This document shows, in pieces, positions 8,588-17,472 of a DNA stretch of 64,000 bases. Origin of the DNA: a bacterium (GTDB lineage: Bacteria > Krumholzibacteriota > Krumholzibacteriia > G020349025). Position 1 is the stretch's first letter, and each line of letters starts with the position of its first letter. The position numbers and the translations under genes were made by a program. The stretch lies in the NCBI GenBank assembly GCA_031362565.1, contig JANLSU010000067.1, positions 1 through 64,000 on the forward strand, written 5' to 3'. Below the pieces are notes generated by a model. The model did no database searches and was not told the DNA's origin. It saw nothing but the letters and a program-made list of their open reading frames with translations.

Positions 8588-10951
8588 ATGGTGCGGTCAC
8601 GACAGCAATTGGCCATTGCTAGGCTGAGCGAACAAATAAAATGCGAGTCCTATCGGGACGCGCTGCGCCGCGCTCGCCGCCTTGTTCGGTGGGGGAACCT
8701 GCTGCCATCCGAACAATTTGAAGTGATCTGCCTTGAGACGGAAATCCTGGCACGCCTGGGGGACGCTTCCTCTGCGGCGGCCAACCTCTCAAACCTGAGG
8801 CATCGCGCGTCCTCGCCGCGCGAGCATATTCGGCTGCGGTTCGTAGAGGGACTGACCGCGGTGACGACGGGCAGCGCGCGCAACGCGTCATCGGCCGCGG
8901 TAGATGTGATCCAGCGGCTGAACTCAGACACCGGAGTCGATCCGCTCTCTGTGGCCGCACGCAACGTCCTCGGGGTTGCTTTGTATCGAATGGGGCGTTA
9001 CCGCTGGGCTAGGTCGGCATTCGAGGACTGCGCGGCCTTCTATAGATTGAAGCGCGATCACGCTGCACTCGCTGAGGTCCTGATAAACATCTCGCTCGTG
9101 GTCAAGAACTCGGGTCGCATCGATTTGGCGTTGGATATGATCGACGAGGCAACTCGCTTGTTGCCCGGCCCCGGTTATGGACGCGCGTGGACCGCTGCGT
9201 TTGTGACCCGGGCGATTTGCTTGTTACGTCTCGGTCGTATTGACGCAGCGCTTGCGTCTCTTTTGCAAGCGCGACAAGTCGCGAGGGTCCAGCGGGTCTT
9301 TACGATCGCGGTCAGTAACAACCTTGGTCACGTCTATCGCATGCGAGGCGCCTATCCGGTTGCGGTAGAGTTCTATTCGGAAGCACTCCAGTGCGCTCGC
9401 ACGGAGGGCGCCGTACGTAGCGAGTGCCTCGCGATGGAGTTCCTGGCGGAAACCGCTTACGAGAGTGGCTCTCCTGGCGAAGCAGTCCGATTGCTGGACG
9501 AAGCGCTGGCGCTTGCCGAGCGGGTTTCGGGCGCCGCAGACCTCGCGATGGAAGTCCTGCGCCGCCGCGGCGAGGCGCATCTGGCGCTGGGACATCAAGC
9601 TGAGGGGCGCGCCGATCTCGAGCGGGCGATGCGCATGTGCAAAGCGCGCGGCGAGCGCCGAGAGGGGATCCTCACGGAACGCGCCTTCCATTTCGCCTTC
9701 GCGCCGGCGGCCGAACTGCCCTCGAAGATTCGTGGGGTGCTCGAGAGCCTGCGCGATATCGACGACCGTTTCGAATACGTCCGGACCGTTTGCTTTGCGC
9801 TCGAACGCGGCTTCCGGCTCGAGGATCACGAGTGGTTTCACGACGCATACGTCGCTGCAGCGCATTATGTGTCGACCTCGGGCCTCGCGTTTTGGCGCAA
9901 GCGGCTTGAGCAGGCGGCGGGCTACCGCACGGCTCTCACGCCGAAGCAGTCCGCGGCGGCGAACGACAAACTCACACCGTCGGACGCACCCGTGCCGACG
10001 ACCTCGCGCAGCCTGCGCTACCTCCGCACTCTGGAAGCGACGCGGGTCGCGGCGCGCAGCAGCGAACCGGCGCTCGTCTTGGGCGAGACGGGAACCGGCA
10101 AGGAAGTGATCTCTCGTCTCGTGCACGGTTGGAGTACTCGCTCGGCGAAGCCACTCATCGCGGTCAATTGCGGTGCCATCCCCGAGAACCTCATCGAAAG
10201 CGAGATCTTCGGCCACACGCGCGGCGCGTTTACGGGTGCGAGCAAGGAGCGCATGGGACTCTTCGAGGCGGCGAGCGGCGGTTCGGTGCTGCTCGACGAA
10301 ATCGGCGATCTACCCATGCAGATGCAAGTCAAACTGCTACGCTTCCTCGACAACTATGAAGTGCGGCGCATCGGTGCGCACACGACTCGCCGTGTCGATG
10401 TCCGGGTCATCGCAGCCACGAATCGCGATCTGCGGCAGCTCGTCGCGGACGGACGATTCCGCAGCGACCTTTTCTTTCGGCTCAACGTTTTCCGGATCGA
10501 AATCCCGGCCCTGCGCGAGCGCCGCGAGGACATTCCCGACTTGGTTTACCACTACCTGCACGACGGTGCACATTCGGGCCTGCCGATCCAGGTCGCCGAT
10601 GATCTCATGCAGTGGTTCCAGAATTTCGATTGGCCGGGCAACATTCGGGAACTCCGCAACCTATGCCGTTATCTGAGCGCGCACGCTTGGGGAAAACCGC
10701 AAATCCAAGTTGCGGACTTGCCGGAGGACTTTCTCAACCGCGCTGCGCTGGCGACTGGCGAAGTGACCGAGTTCGAGCGCGAAAACACCGAACTGCAGCG
10801 CGAACAAATCGAACGCGCGCTGCACCAAACGGGTGGCACCATTATCGCGGCGGCGCGCCTTCTCCACCTGGGCCGCAATAGCCTGTCCCGTAAGATGCGC
10901 GAATTTGGTATCGACCGCGAAGACTTCAAGAACACGCCGACGCCGCGCTGA
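8588..10951 (+). CDS. Sigma-54-dependent enhancer-binding protein with N-terminal TPR domain and Fis-type HTH
   Basis: About 440 aa of TPR-like helical repeats (NVLGVALYRMGRY..A, NNLGHVYRMRGAY..A); Walker A GETGTGKE; intact GAFTGA; LLDEIGD; FRSDLFFRL; WPGNIREL; HTH AARLLHLGRNSLSRKM. Confidence 0.92.
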   Translation: MVRSRQQLAIARLSEQIKCESYRDALRRARRLVRWGNLLPSEQFEVICLETEILARLGDASSAAANLSNLRHRASSPREHIRLRFVEGLTAVTTGSARNASSAAVDVIQRLNSDTGVDPLSVAARNVLGVALYRMGRYRWARSAFEDCAAFYRLKRDHAALAEVLINISLVVKNSGRIDLALDMIDEATRLLPGPGYGRAWTAAFVTRAICLLRLGRIDAALASLLQARQVARVQRVFTIAVSNNLGHVYRMRGAYPVAVEFYSEALQCARTEGAVRSECLAMEFLAETAYESGSPGEAVRLLDEALALAERVSGAADLAMEVLRRRGEAHLALGHQAEGRADLERAMRMCKARGERREGILTERAFHFAFAPAAELPSKIRGVLESLRDIDDRFEYVRTVCFALERGFRLEDHEWFHDAYVAAAHYVSTSGLAFWRKRLEQAAGYRTALTPKQSAAANDKLTPSDAPVPTTSRSLRYLRTLEATRVAARSSEPALVLGETGTGKEVISRLVHGWSTRSAKPLIAVNCGAIPENLIESEIFGHTRGAFTGASKERMGLFEAASGGSVLLDEIGDLPMQMQVKLLRFLDNYEVRRIGAHTTRRVDVRVIAATNRDLRQLVADGRFRSDLFFRLNVFRIEIPALRERREDIPDLVYHYLHDGAHSGLPIQVADDLMQWFQNFDWPGNIRELRNLCRYLSAHAWGKPQIQVADLPEDFLNRAALATGEVTEFERENTELQREQIERALHQTGGTIIAAARLLHLGRNSLSRKMREFGIDREDFKNTPTPR

Positions 10952-11041
10952 GTTGTCGCGAACCTCGATCCGCCACCGCACCCCGTCTCTCTCTTCTGTC
11001 CAGACTGTGCAACCCCGCCGTCCGCGCGCCTCTGCCGTTGC

Positions 11042-11070
11042 TTGACGCAACCCACTCGCAGCCCTACGGT
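11042..11070 (+). promoter_or_regulatory. Sigma-70 promoter upstream of yqeY
   Basis: TTGACG-N17-TACGGT. Confidence 0.45.
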
Positions 11071-11109
11071 TCTCCGCTGCAAGGCCCATGTGGCCGCGAG
11101 GAGGGTTTG

Positions 11110-11565
11110 ATGTCCGATCTCGTCACACGCCTGAACGACGACTTGAAGACCGCACTCAAAGCGCGCGACGAGTTTCGCCTGGGTGTCATTCGCATGTTGG
11201 TCGCCAAGGTCAAGGATCTGCAGATTCACCAGGGCCGCAGCGAGCCGCTCACGGAAGCGCAGGTCATTCAAGTTCTCGCGAGCTACGCCAAGCAACGCGC
11301 CGATGCGGCGGAGACATTCGCGCAGGCCGGCCGCTTGGATGTCCGCGACCGGGAGCTGCAGGAACGCGAGATCGTGCTGAGTTATTTGCCGAAGCAGTTG
11401 GACGACGACGCGGTGCGCACCGTCGTGCGCGAGATCATCGCCAGCGTCGGCGCGACCTCAGCGAAGGACATCGGCAAGGTCATGGGACCGGCAATCGGCC
11501 GGCTGAAGGGGCAAGTGGACGGCGGACGCGTACAGCAAATCGCCAAGGAACTTCTCGGCGGTTGA
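11110..11565 (+). CDS. yqeY: GatB/YqeY domain protein
   Basis: DLKTALKARD...IRML, YLPKQL, KDIGKVMG, GQVDG; RBS GGAGG. Confidence 0.9.
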   Translation: MSDLVTRLNDDLKTALKARDEFRLGVIRMLVAKVKDLQIHQGRSEPLTEAQVIQVLASYAKQRADAAETFAQAGRLDVRDRELQEREIVLSYLPKQLDDDAVRTVVREIIASVGATSAKDIGKVMGPAIGRLKGQVDGGRVQQIAKELLGG

Positions 11566-11593
11566 GCGCGCGGCGTCGGCGGGGGTGTGGACG

Positions 11594-12196
11594 ATGGGTT
11601 GGGTCGACATCGGGATCGTCGCAGTGCTTCTGGGCTGCGCCATCTTTGGATACAAGCGCGGACTCGTGCGCCAAATGGTGGAACTGATCGGCCTCACGAC
11701 CGGGGTTTTGCTAGCCCTCTACTTGACCGGTGGACTGGTCGCCAACTACGCCAAGCCGCTGGCCGCCTACCGCATCACATATCCTGTAGTATTCCTGACC
11801 ATCGTCGCCGTGACGCTCCTGGTCGCGGAGGTCATCGGGAAGGTTGCCGGCGAAGTCGCGCAGGTGACGTTCTTCGGCATGTTCGATCAAATGGGCGGCG
11901 CGATCGCCGGGCTGGGCAAAGGTACCCTGTGGCTCGCTATCATCATCACGATCGCTTTCCACCTGAACCTCGGGCAGAAAGTCGATGACAACTTGCGGCG
12001 ATCGAATCTCGCGGGCCCGATCTCGGGCATCCTTCCGGCCGCGTTCCAGGTGGTCAAGAACTACGCGCATGATGCGCCACTTCGCGAGCCATTCAACATC
12101 GAACGCCGCTTGGCTTCTGCCAAGTCCGCAGCCGCGAAAATTGCGACTGGCAAGCCGACTTCGAACCGCTCTGCGAAGGACAAGTCCGACAACTGA
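11594..12196 (+). CDS. cvpA: CvpA family membrane protein
   Basis: WVDI...GYKRGLV, DQMGGAIAGLGKG; usual position before mutS2. Confidence 0.85.
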   Translation: MGWVDIGIVAVLLGCAIFGYKRGLVRQMVELIGLTTGVLLALYLTGGLVANYAKPLAAYRITYPVVFLTIVAVTLLVAEVIGKVAGEVAQVTFFGMFDQMGGAIAGLGKGTLWLAIIITIAFHLNLGQKVDDNLRRSNLAGPISGILPAAFQVVKNYAHDAPLREPFNIERRLASAKSAAAKIATGKPTSNRSAKDKSDN

Positions 12197-12273
12197 TCGT
12201 CAGCGCGTCGAGCGATTGCGCCGCGCCGCGCGGAGTGTCCTCCCACGGCCCTCGCCCGCTTTGGAGATTTGTC

Positions 12274-14730
12274 ATGGCGGATGATCGCCGTGCCGCGTGC
12301 ACGGTCGACCCGTCCGGCCATGCACGCCACGTTCTTGAATTCGACAAGGTTCTTGCCGCTGTCGCTGCCGAGGCACGCACGCCAGGCGGGCGTGAGCGCG
12401 TTCTGGATCTCGTACCACTCGCCGATGTCGAACGGGTGCGCGACGAGCACGATACGGTGCGCGAAGTGCGCCGCGCGATCGACGACGGCCTTGCACCCTG
12501 GTCGTTTGATGGCGTCGCCGATGTGCGCGACTTGTTGCGAGATGCCGTGCGTCCCGGGACCCGGCTCGACCCAGGTGAATTACGGCGTATTGCCGAGACG
12601 CTTGAAACCGCGGGCCGCATTCGCCGTTCGCTCGATACGCATCCGGATCATTGGCCGCGCCTTGTCGCGCGCACGGCGGGACTCGGGTCGCATCCGGCGG
12701 TCGTCGATGCCATTCGCGCCGTCATCGACGAGCGTGGCGAGTTGCGCGACAACGCCTCGCCGGCGCTCCGTGCGATCCGGCGCGAACAACAGACGCAGCG
12801 CGAGTCTCTTCTCCAGCGTCTCGAGGGGATGATGCGCGCGACGGCCGCGACCGACGATCCGTATGTCACACTGCGCGGCGATCGTTACGTCATTCCGGTG
12901 CGGTCGGATACCGCTGGCGCCGTGCGTGGGATCGTGCACGACCGTTCGGCGAGCGGTGCAACGCTTTTCGTCGAACCACTTGAAGTCCTCGACGCCAACA
13001 ACGAGCTACAGCGCCTGCGCGACGCCGAACAGCGCGAAGTGCGCCGCATCCTGGAAGAACTGACGCGCACCGTAGCGGCCGACGCACCGCGCGCCGAATC
13101 GAGTCTCGACGCTCTCGAGTCACTGGACGATGTGCAAGCACGCGCCCTGTGGGCGAAGGAGGCCGATGCACACCCGCCACGCGTCGACAGCGTGCCGTCG
13201 CCGAAGACGGGCGTGCGTCTCGTCCTGCGAAGCGCGCGGCACCCGCTGCTCGACGCACAGTTGCGCGCCGCGGGGAGTACGTGCGTGCCGCTCGACCTCG
13301 ACTTGGGCGGCGCGCGGGCGCTCGTCGTGACGGGTCCGAATACGGGCGGCAAGACGGTGGCGCTCAAGACCGTCGGCGTCTTGGCGTTGCTTTCACAGGC
13401 GGGGATTCCGATTCCCGCTGCCGCGGAATCCGAGCTGCCGGTATTCGAGCGTATCGTTGCCGACATCGGCGATGAACAATCCATCGAAGCCGCCGTGAGT
13501 ACTTTCAGTTCGCATTTGCGTCATGTGGTCGACGCGGTGCGCTCTACCGGCCCGCGCACGCTCGTGTTGCTGGATGAACTCATGGCAGGTACCGATCCGG
13601 AGGAAGGCGCGGCGTTGGCGCGCGTCGTGCTGCGGACGCTTGCCGATGGCGGTGGGGTGACACTCGTCACGACGCACCTCTCCGATCTCAAACTCTTCGC
13701 GCATTCCGAGCCGGGTCTGGCGAACGCCGGGATGGCGTTTGATGCGGAGAGCCACGTACCGCTGTATCGTTTGCAGCCTGGCGTACCAGGAAGCAGCAAT
13801 GCCTTCGCCACCGCGGCGCGATTCGGCATGCCGGATGCGCTGCTGGCGGCCGCCCGGCATGAGCGTGGCGACGCGGCTGGTCGCTTGGAAAAGGCGCTCG
13901 CAAGTCTGGAGGCGGAGCGCGCTCAGATGTCGTTGGCGCGGGAACAAGCGCGGGCTGCGGAATCCGAGGCGAAGCGCATTCGCGAGGAGTATGCGGAACT
14001 GTATGCGCAGGTCGTCGCCAAACGCCGCACCGCCAGCGACGATGCGCGCCGCGAAGCCGCACGCATCGTGGCCGATGCGCGGGCGCGGATCGAACAAGCC
14101 GTACGCGATATTCGCGCCACCAACGCGAATCGTGACAGCATTCGTGCCGCGCACGATGCAGTGCGCAGCATCGAAGATGCCGCGCGCCCGGAGATCGACG
14201 CGGACGGTGGCGTGGCAGGCGGCGGCGAGCCAAGTGCGCCGGGCGGCGTGGAAACGGGCGGTCCACGCGCGCCGCAGCCCGGCGACCGGGTCTGGGTGCG
14301 AAGCCTGGCGCGCGAGGGCATTTTGGAATCGATGGACGCGAGCGGACGCGCCCGCGTGTTGCTCGGCAACGTGCCGTTTGCAGTGCCGGCGAACGAAGTC
14401 GAGCGACTGGGCGCCGCACCGGCGACGCCGTCGGGCGGTGCCGGCGCGCGAGGCTCAGGTCACTACACCGCGCCGGAGGTGGAGCACACGTCGCCGCGGC
14501 TCGACTTGCGCGGCATGGAGCGCGCCGAGGCGATTACCGCCATCGAGAGTTTTTTGGATCGCCAGGTGCTACAGGGTTCTCCGCAGGTTGAGATCGTGCA
14601 CGGCAAGGGCACCGGCGTTCTGCGTCGCGCTGTGCAAGAACTCTTGGCGCAGCACCCCGACGTCGCCGAATTCCATCTCGGGGAGCACAACGAAGGCGGT
14701 AGCGGCGCGACGATCGCCAAGTTGCGCTGA
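12274..14730 (+). CDS. mutS2: Endonuclease MutS2
   Basis: LEFDKVL; GIVHDRSASGATLFVEP; TGPNTGGKT; DIGDEQSI..STFSSH; LLDE..GTDPEEG; C-terminal Smr domain LDLRG...VHGKGTG. Confidence 0.95.
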   Translation: MADDRRAACTVDPSGHARHVLEFDKVLAAVAAEARTPGGRERVLDLVPLADVERVRDEHDTVREVRRAIDDGLAPWSFDGVADVRDLLRDAVRPGTRLDPGELRRIAETLETAGRIRRSLDTHPDHWPRLVARTAGLGSHPAVVDAIRAVIDERGELRDNASPALRAIRREQQTQRESLLQRLEGMMRATAATDDPYVTLRGDRYVIPVRSDTAGAVRGIVHDRSASGATLFVEPLEVLDANNELQRLRDAEQREVRRILEELTRTVAADAPRAESSLDALESLDDVQARALWAKEADAHPPRVDSVPSPKTGVRLVLRSARHPLLDAQLRAAGSTCVPLDLDLGGARALVVTGPNTGGKTVALKTVGVLALLSQAGIPIPAAAESELPVFERIVADIGDEQSIEAAVSTFSSHLRHVVDAVRSTGPRTLVLLDELMAGTDPEEGAALARVVLRTLADGGGVTLVTTHLSDLKLFAHSEPGLANAGMAFDAESHVPLYRLQPGVPGSSNAFATAARFGMPDALLAAARHERGDAAGRLEKALASLEAERAQMSLAREQARAAESEAKRIREEYAELYAQVVAKRRTASDDARREAARIVADARARIEQAVRDIRATNANRDSIRAAHDAVRSIEDAARPEIDADGGVAGGGEPSAPGGVETGGPRAPQPGDRVWVRSLAREGILESMDASGRARVLLGNVPFAVPANEVERLGAAPATPSGGAGARGSGHYTAPEVEHTSPRLDLRGMERAEAITAIESFLDRQVLQGSPQVEIVHGKGTGVLRRAVQELLAQHPDVAEFHLGEHNEGGSGATIAKLR

Positions 14731-14734
14731 AGTC

Positions 14735-14769
14735 ACGGACCCGGACCGCAGACTACAGTCCGGGCCCGT
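14735..14769 (+). terminator. Stem-loop after mutS2 (possible terminator)
   Basis: ACGGACCCGGAC...GTCCGGGCCCGT imperfect inverted repeat; weak U tract. Confidence 0.3.
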
Positions 14770-14952
14770 TGTCGATGCCGTTGCCGTCGCGGTGTCGACG
14801 TCGTTGTCGGTCGCGCTGCCAACGCGCGAGGCCGGCCGCGCCGCGCCGCGCCCGCTCTGGCCGGCGGGCGCCCGCGATCGGACGACGCCATCCTGGCCGC
14901 CGCGGCCCTGTGCACTTGAGTTCAGATTGCGAACCTTTTTTAACAGACACTA

Positions 14953-14981
14953 TTGACAACGCGTGTCGGGTGTCGTATGCT
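14953..14981 (+). promoter_or_regulatory. Sigma-70 promoter of the HNH gene
   Basis: TTGACA-N17-TATGCT, near consensus. Confidence 0.6.
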
Positions 14982-15041
14982 TCCTGCGTACGAATCGCTT
15001 CGCTGTTCCCCCGCGCGATTCGGCCTCCCAAAGTGATCGAA

Positions 15042-17261
15042 ATGACCTCGATGTGCGGCGTTCCACATGTCGAAGGGAGACGCGTGTCAACGCGAAGCGC
15101 GAGCGCTGCATTTGCTGCGGCGCCTGGCACCGCTGTACGTCCGCGGCCTCATCTCGGCCTGGCGTCGGTCGGAACACCGGCCGCGACGCGACCTTGGGAT
15201 GCGGTCGAAGCGGATCGTACGCTGCGTATGCTGCGGGCCCGTTTGGGGCCGCTGTCTGCGGAATTGGCGGAGGCGGCGCACGCCGCAGCCGTAGCACAAG
15301 TCTGGGCGCCACTTGGATTCGCGCGTGCGAGTGACTTCGTGCGTGAGACCTGGGGCCGTTCGCCGCGGTGGTTTTCGGATCTGGCCGCCTTGGGTGAAGC
15401 CATGGGCCGGTCGCCTGCACTGCGCGCTGCTGTGGCGGGTAACGACGGTGCGCGGCCGCTTGGGCGCGTTGCGGCCTTGGAACTCGCCCGAAATGTTGTT
15501 GCGGCGAATGCTGATGATACCGCGCAGGTCGAGTCCGAGTGGATCGCCTTGGCGCGCACGGTCACTGTTCGCGAACTCAGGAAACATCTTCGGGAAATCC
15601 GCAACCGGGACGGTTCCCGGTGCGAACTCGAGAACGCGGAAGAAGCGGCTGCTGTAGCGGTCGCGGTGCGTTTGGGAGCACCGCGCAATGTCGCGGCGGC
15701 CTTCGAAGACACGTTGGATCTACACCGCGCAGTCAACGGTTACACCGCAAGTACGGAATCGTTTCTCGAGGCCCTCGCGGCCGAAGCTGTGGCGGGTCCG
15801 CGCCCGCCGGATGCGAGCTGCGAACCGCTGCAACGGCGCACGACACGGGCGCCAATCGAAGAAGCCTTCGACCGATTGCGCGCCGGGAGGGCCGGCGCAG
15901 ACGTTTTCGAACCAGCCTCGAGCGATCCTTCCGTCCTGGATTCCGCCGACGCGTCTCACACGCATGGCGCCGACCCGCCTGATCGGGGTGCCGCAGAAAG
16001 TCTCGATGCATTCGGCTCCACGGAATCCCGTGCCAACCCGTCCATCGGCGCGCTTCTGGATGTACCCACCCCCGATGTGGGTTCCATCGAGTCCAGCGCA
16101 GACGTTTTCCAAGGGCAAACAGAATCCGAGCGGCGCGCTTGGGCCGCCGCCCAACGCCTGGCGGGGTTGGTTGGCGCCGAAGAAGAGGTCGAGAAGCGCA
16201 TCGGACGCTTGCTCTATGAAATGAATCAGCGCGGTGTGTGGAAGGCGCTGGGTTTCGCATCGCTCGGCCACTATGCGGTCGAGGTGCTCGGGATGGCGCG
16301 CCGCACCGCAGAGTCTCGGGCCGGAATCCTGCGCGCCGGCCGCGCCGTACCCGCAGTTTTGGCGTCCTACGAAACGGGTGCGTTCGGTCTCGAAGCGGCC
16401 TGGCTCGTGCGCCGGATTCTGACCTCGGTGACGTTGCCGATCGACCGCGAAGTGCAAGATCGTTGGATCGAACATGCGCAGGCGGCCACCATCAAACGTC
16501 TGCGACACGAGCTGCGCCGGATTCACCTGCGCGCGATCGAGGATCCATTCAATGATAGTGTGCCGTGGCCGGCCACAGACGCGGAATGGTTCGAGTCCTT
16601 GCGGCGTGAACCGGGAATGACCCGCGAGCGGCTGCGTACGCTGGAGACCGCGGCGATGGACTGCGATACACCCAGCCGGGACCTCGACTCGAGCGCAGAC
16701 GTTTTCCTTCGATTTCGTGTGGCACCCGAAATCGCGACATCGTTCTTGGCGGCGGTTGAGTCGGCCCGTCGCCATGCCGCGACAAGCGCGAGCGAAATCG
16801 CGCCGACGACCGGTGCACCCGCCTCGGTGCGCGCCGCGCGAATGTTCTTAGATCGTGAACGGCAGCCGCCCGCGTGGGTCGGGCTCCTCGCATTGCTCGA
16901 GGACTACGCCGAAACGCACGACGACCCGCGGGCGTTTCCCAAGCGCCAGTGGGACGCGATCTATTCACGCGATGGGTGGCAATGCATGGCGCCCGGTTGC
17001 ACCAGCCGGTGTCGAATGGACGATCACCACATCGTGTATCGCGCTGATCGTGGCAGCAACGAGCCCGCGAATCAGATCACCCTGTGCCGTTTCCATCACC
17101 AACGAGGGGAACATGGACGATATGCGCGCGTTCGGGGAACCGCGCCTCTGGGTCTTGTGTGGCGGCTCGGAACCCGCGCACTCGCGACCTACTATCAGAA
17201 TGAACGGCGCCGGGCGCTGGGCTTGCGACACACCGCACCGGGCCTGGGTGGTGGGCGTTGA
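15042..17261 (+). CDS. Large HNH endonuclease-signature protein (DUF222/13E12-like architecture)
   Basis: C-terminal RDGWQCMAPGC...DDHHIVYR..RGSNEPANQITLCRFHH; duplicated N-terminal module (WAPLGFARASDFVRE / WKALGFASLGHYAVE). Start taken downstream of the promoter; uncertain. Confidence 0.75.
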   Translation: MTSMCGVPHVEGRRVSTRSASAAFAAAPGTAVRPRPHLGLASVGTPAATRPWDAVEADRTLRMLRARLGPLSAELAEAAHAAAVAQVWAPLGFARASDFVRETWGRSPRWFSDLAALGEAMGRSPALRAAVAGNDGARPLGRVAALELARNVVAANADDTAQVESEWIALARTVTVRELRKHLREIRNRDGSRCELENAEEAAAVAVAVRLGAPRNVAAAFEDTLDLHRAVNGYTASTESFLEALAAEAVAGPRPPDASCEPLQRRTTRAPIEEAFDRLRAGRAGADVFEPASSDPSVLDSADASHTHGADPPDRGAAESLDAFGSTESRANPSIGALLDVPTPDVGSIESSADVFQGQTESERRAWAAAQRLAGLVGAEEEVEKRIGRLLYEMNQRGVWKALGFASLGHYAVEVLGMARRTAESRAGILRAGRAVPAVLASYETGAFGLEAAWLVRRILTSVTLPIDREVQDRWIEHAQAATIKRLRHELRRIHLRAIEDPFNDSVPWPATDAEWFESLRREPGMTRERLRTLETAAMDCDTPSRDLDSSADVFLRFRVAPEIATSFLAAVESARRHAATSASEIAPTTGAPASVRAARMFLDRERQPPAWVGLLALLEDYAETHDDPRAFPKRQWDAIYSRDGWQCMAPGCTSRCRMDDHHIVYRADRGSNEPANQITLCRFHHQRGEHGRYARVRGTAPLGLVWRLGTRALATYYQNERRRALGLRHTAPGLGGGR
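15895..16706 (+). repeat. Three exact dispersed copies of the 14-mer GCGCAGACGTTTTC
   Basis: At 15895-15908, 16096-16109 and 16693-16706, all in the same frame (ADVF). Confidence 0.85.
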
Positions 17262-17472
17262 ATTGCGCTCGCAGGCTGCAGCGATGACGCGATTTGGGGC
17301 GCTCTGGCAGGCAGCCAAGCGTGGGTACAGCTCCTGGGCGCGGGAGGGTATATTGCGAATAGAAGTCTGAGTGGTGGCGGGCTGGCTGGATCGTGCCCGT
17401 GGCCGCTGCCGCCGGCGGCTGCCTGTGCCCGAGTCGCCGCTCGACCGCACGAATTTGGCGAGGAGTCTTCGC

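Noticed and set aside
14769..15041. N-terminal 91 aa of the 830-aa HNH ORF
   Set aside because: It spans the near-consensus promoter at 14953-14981 and is low-complexity Arg-rich, so it is probably untranslated.
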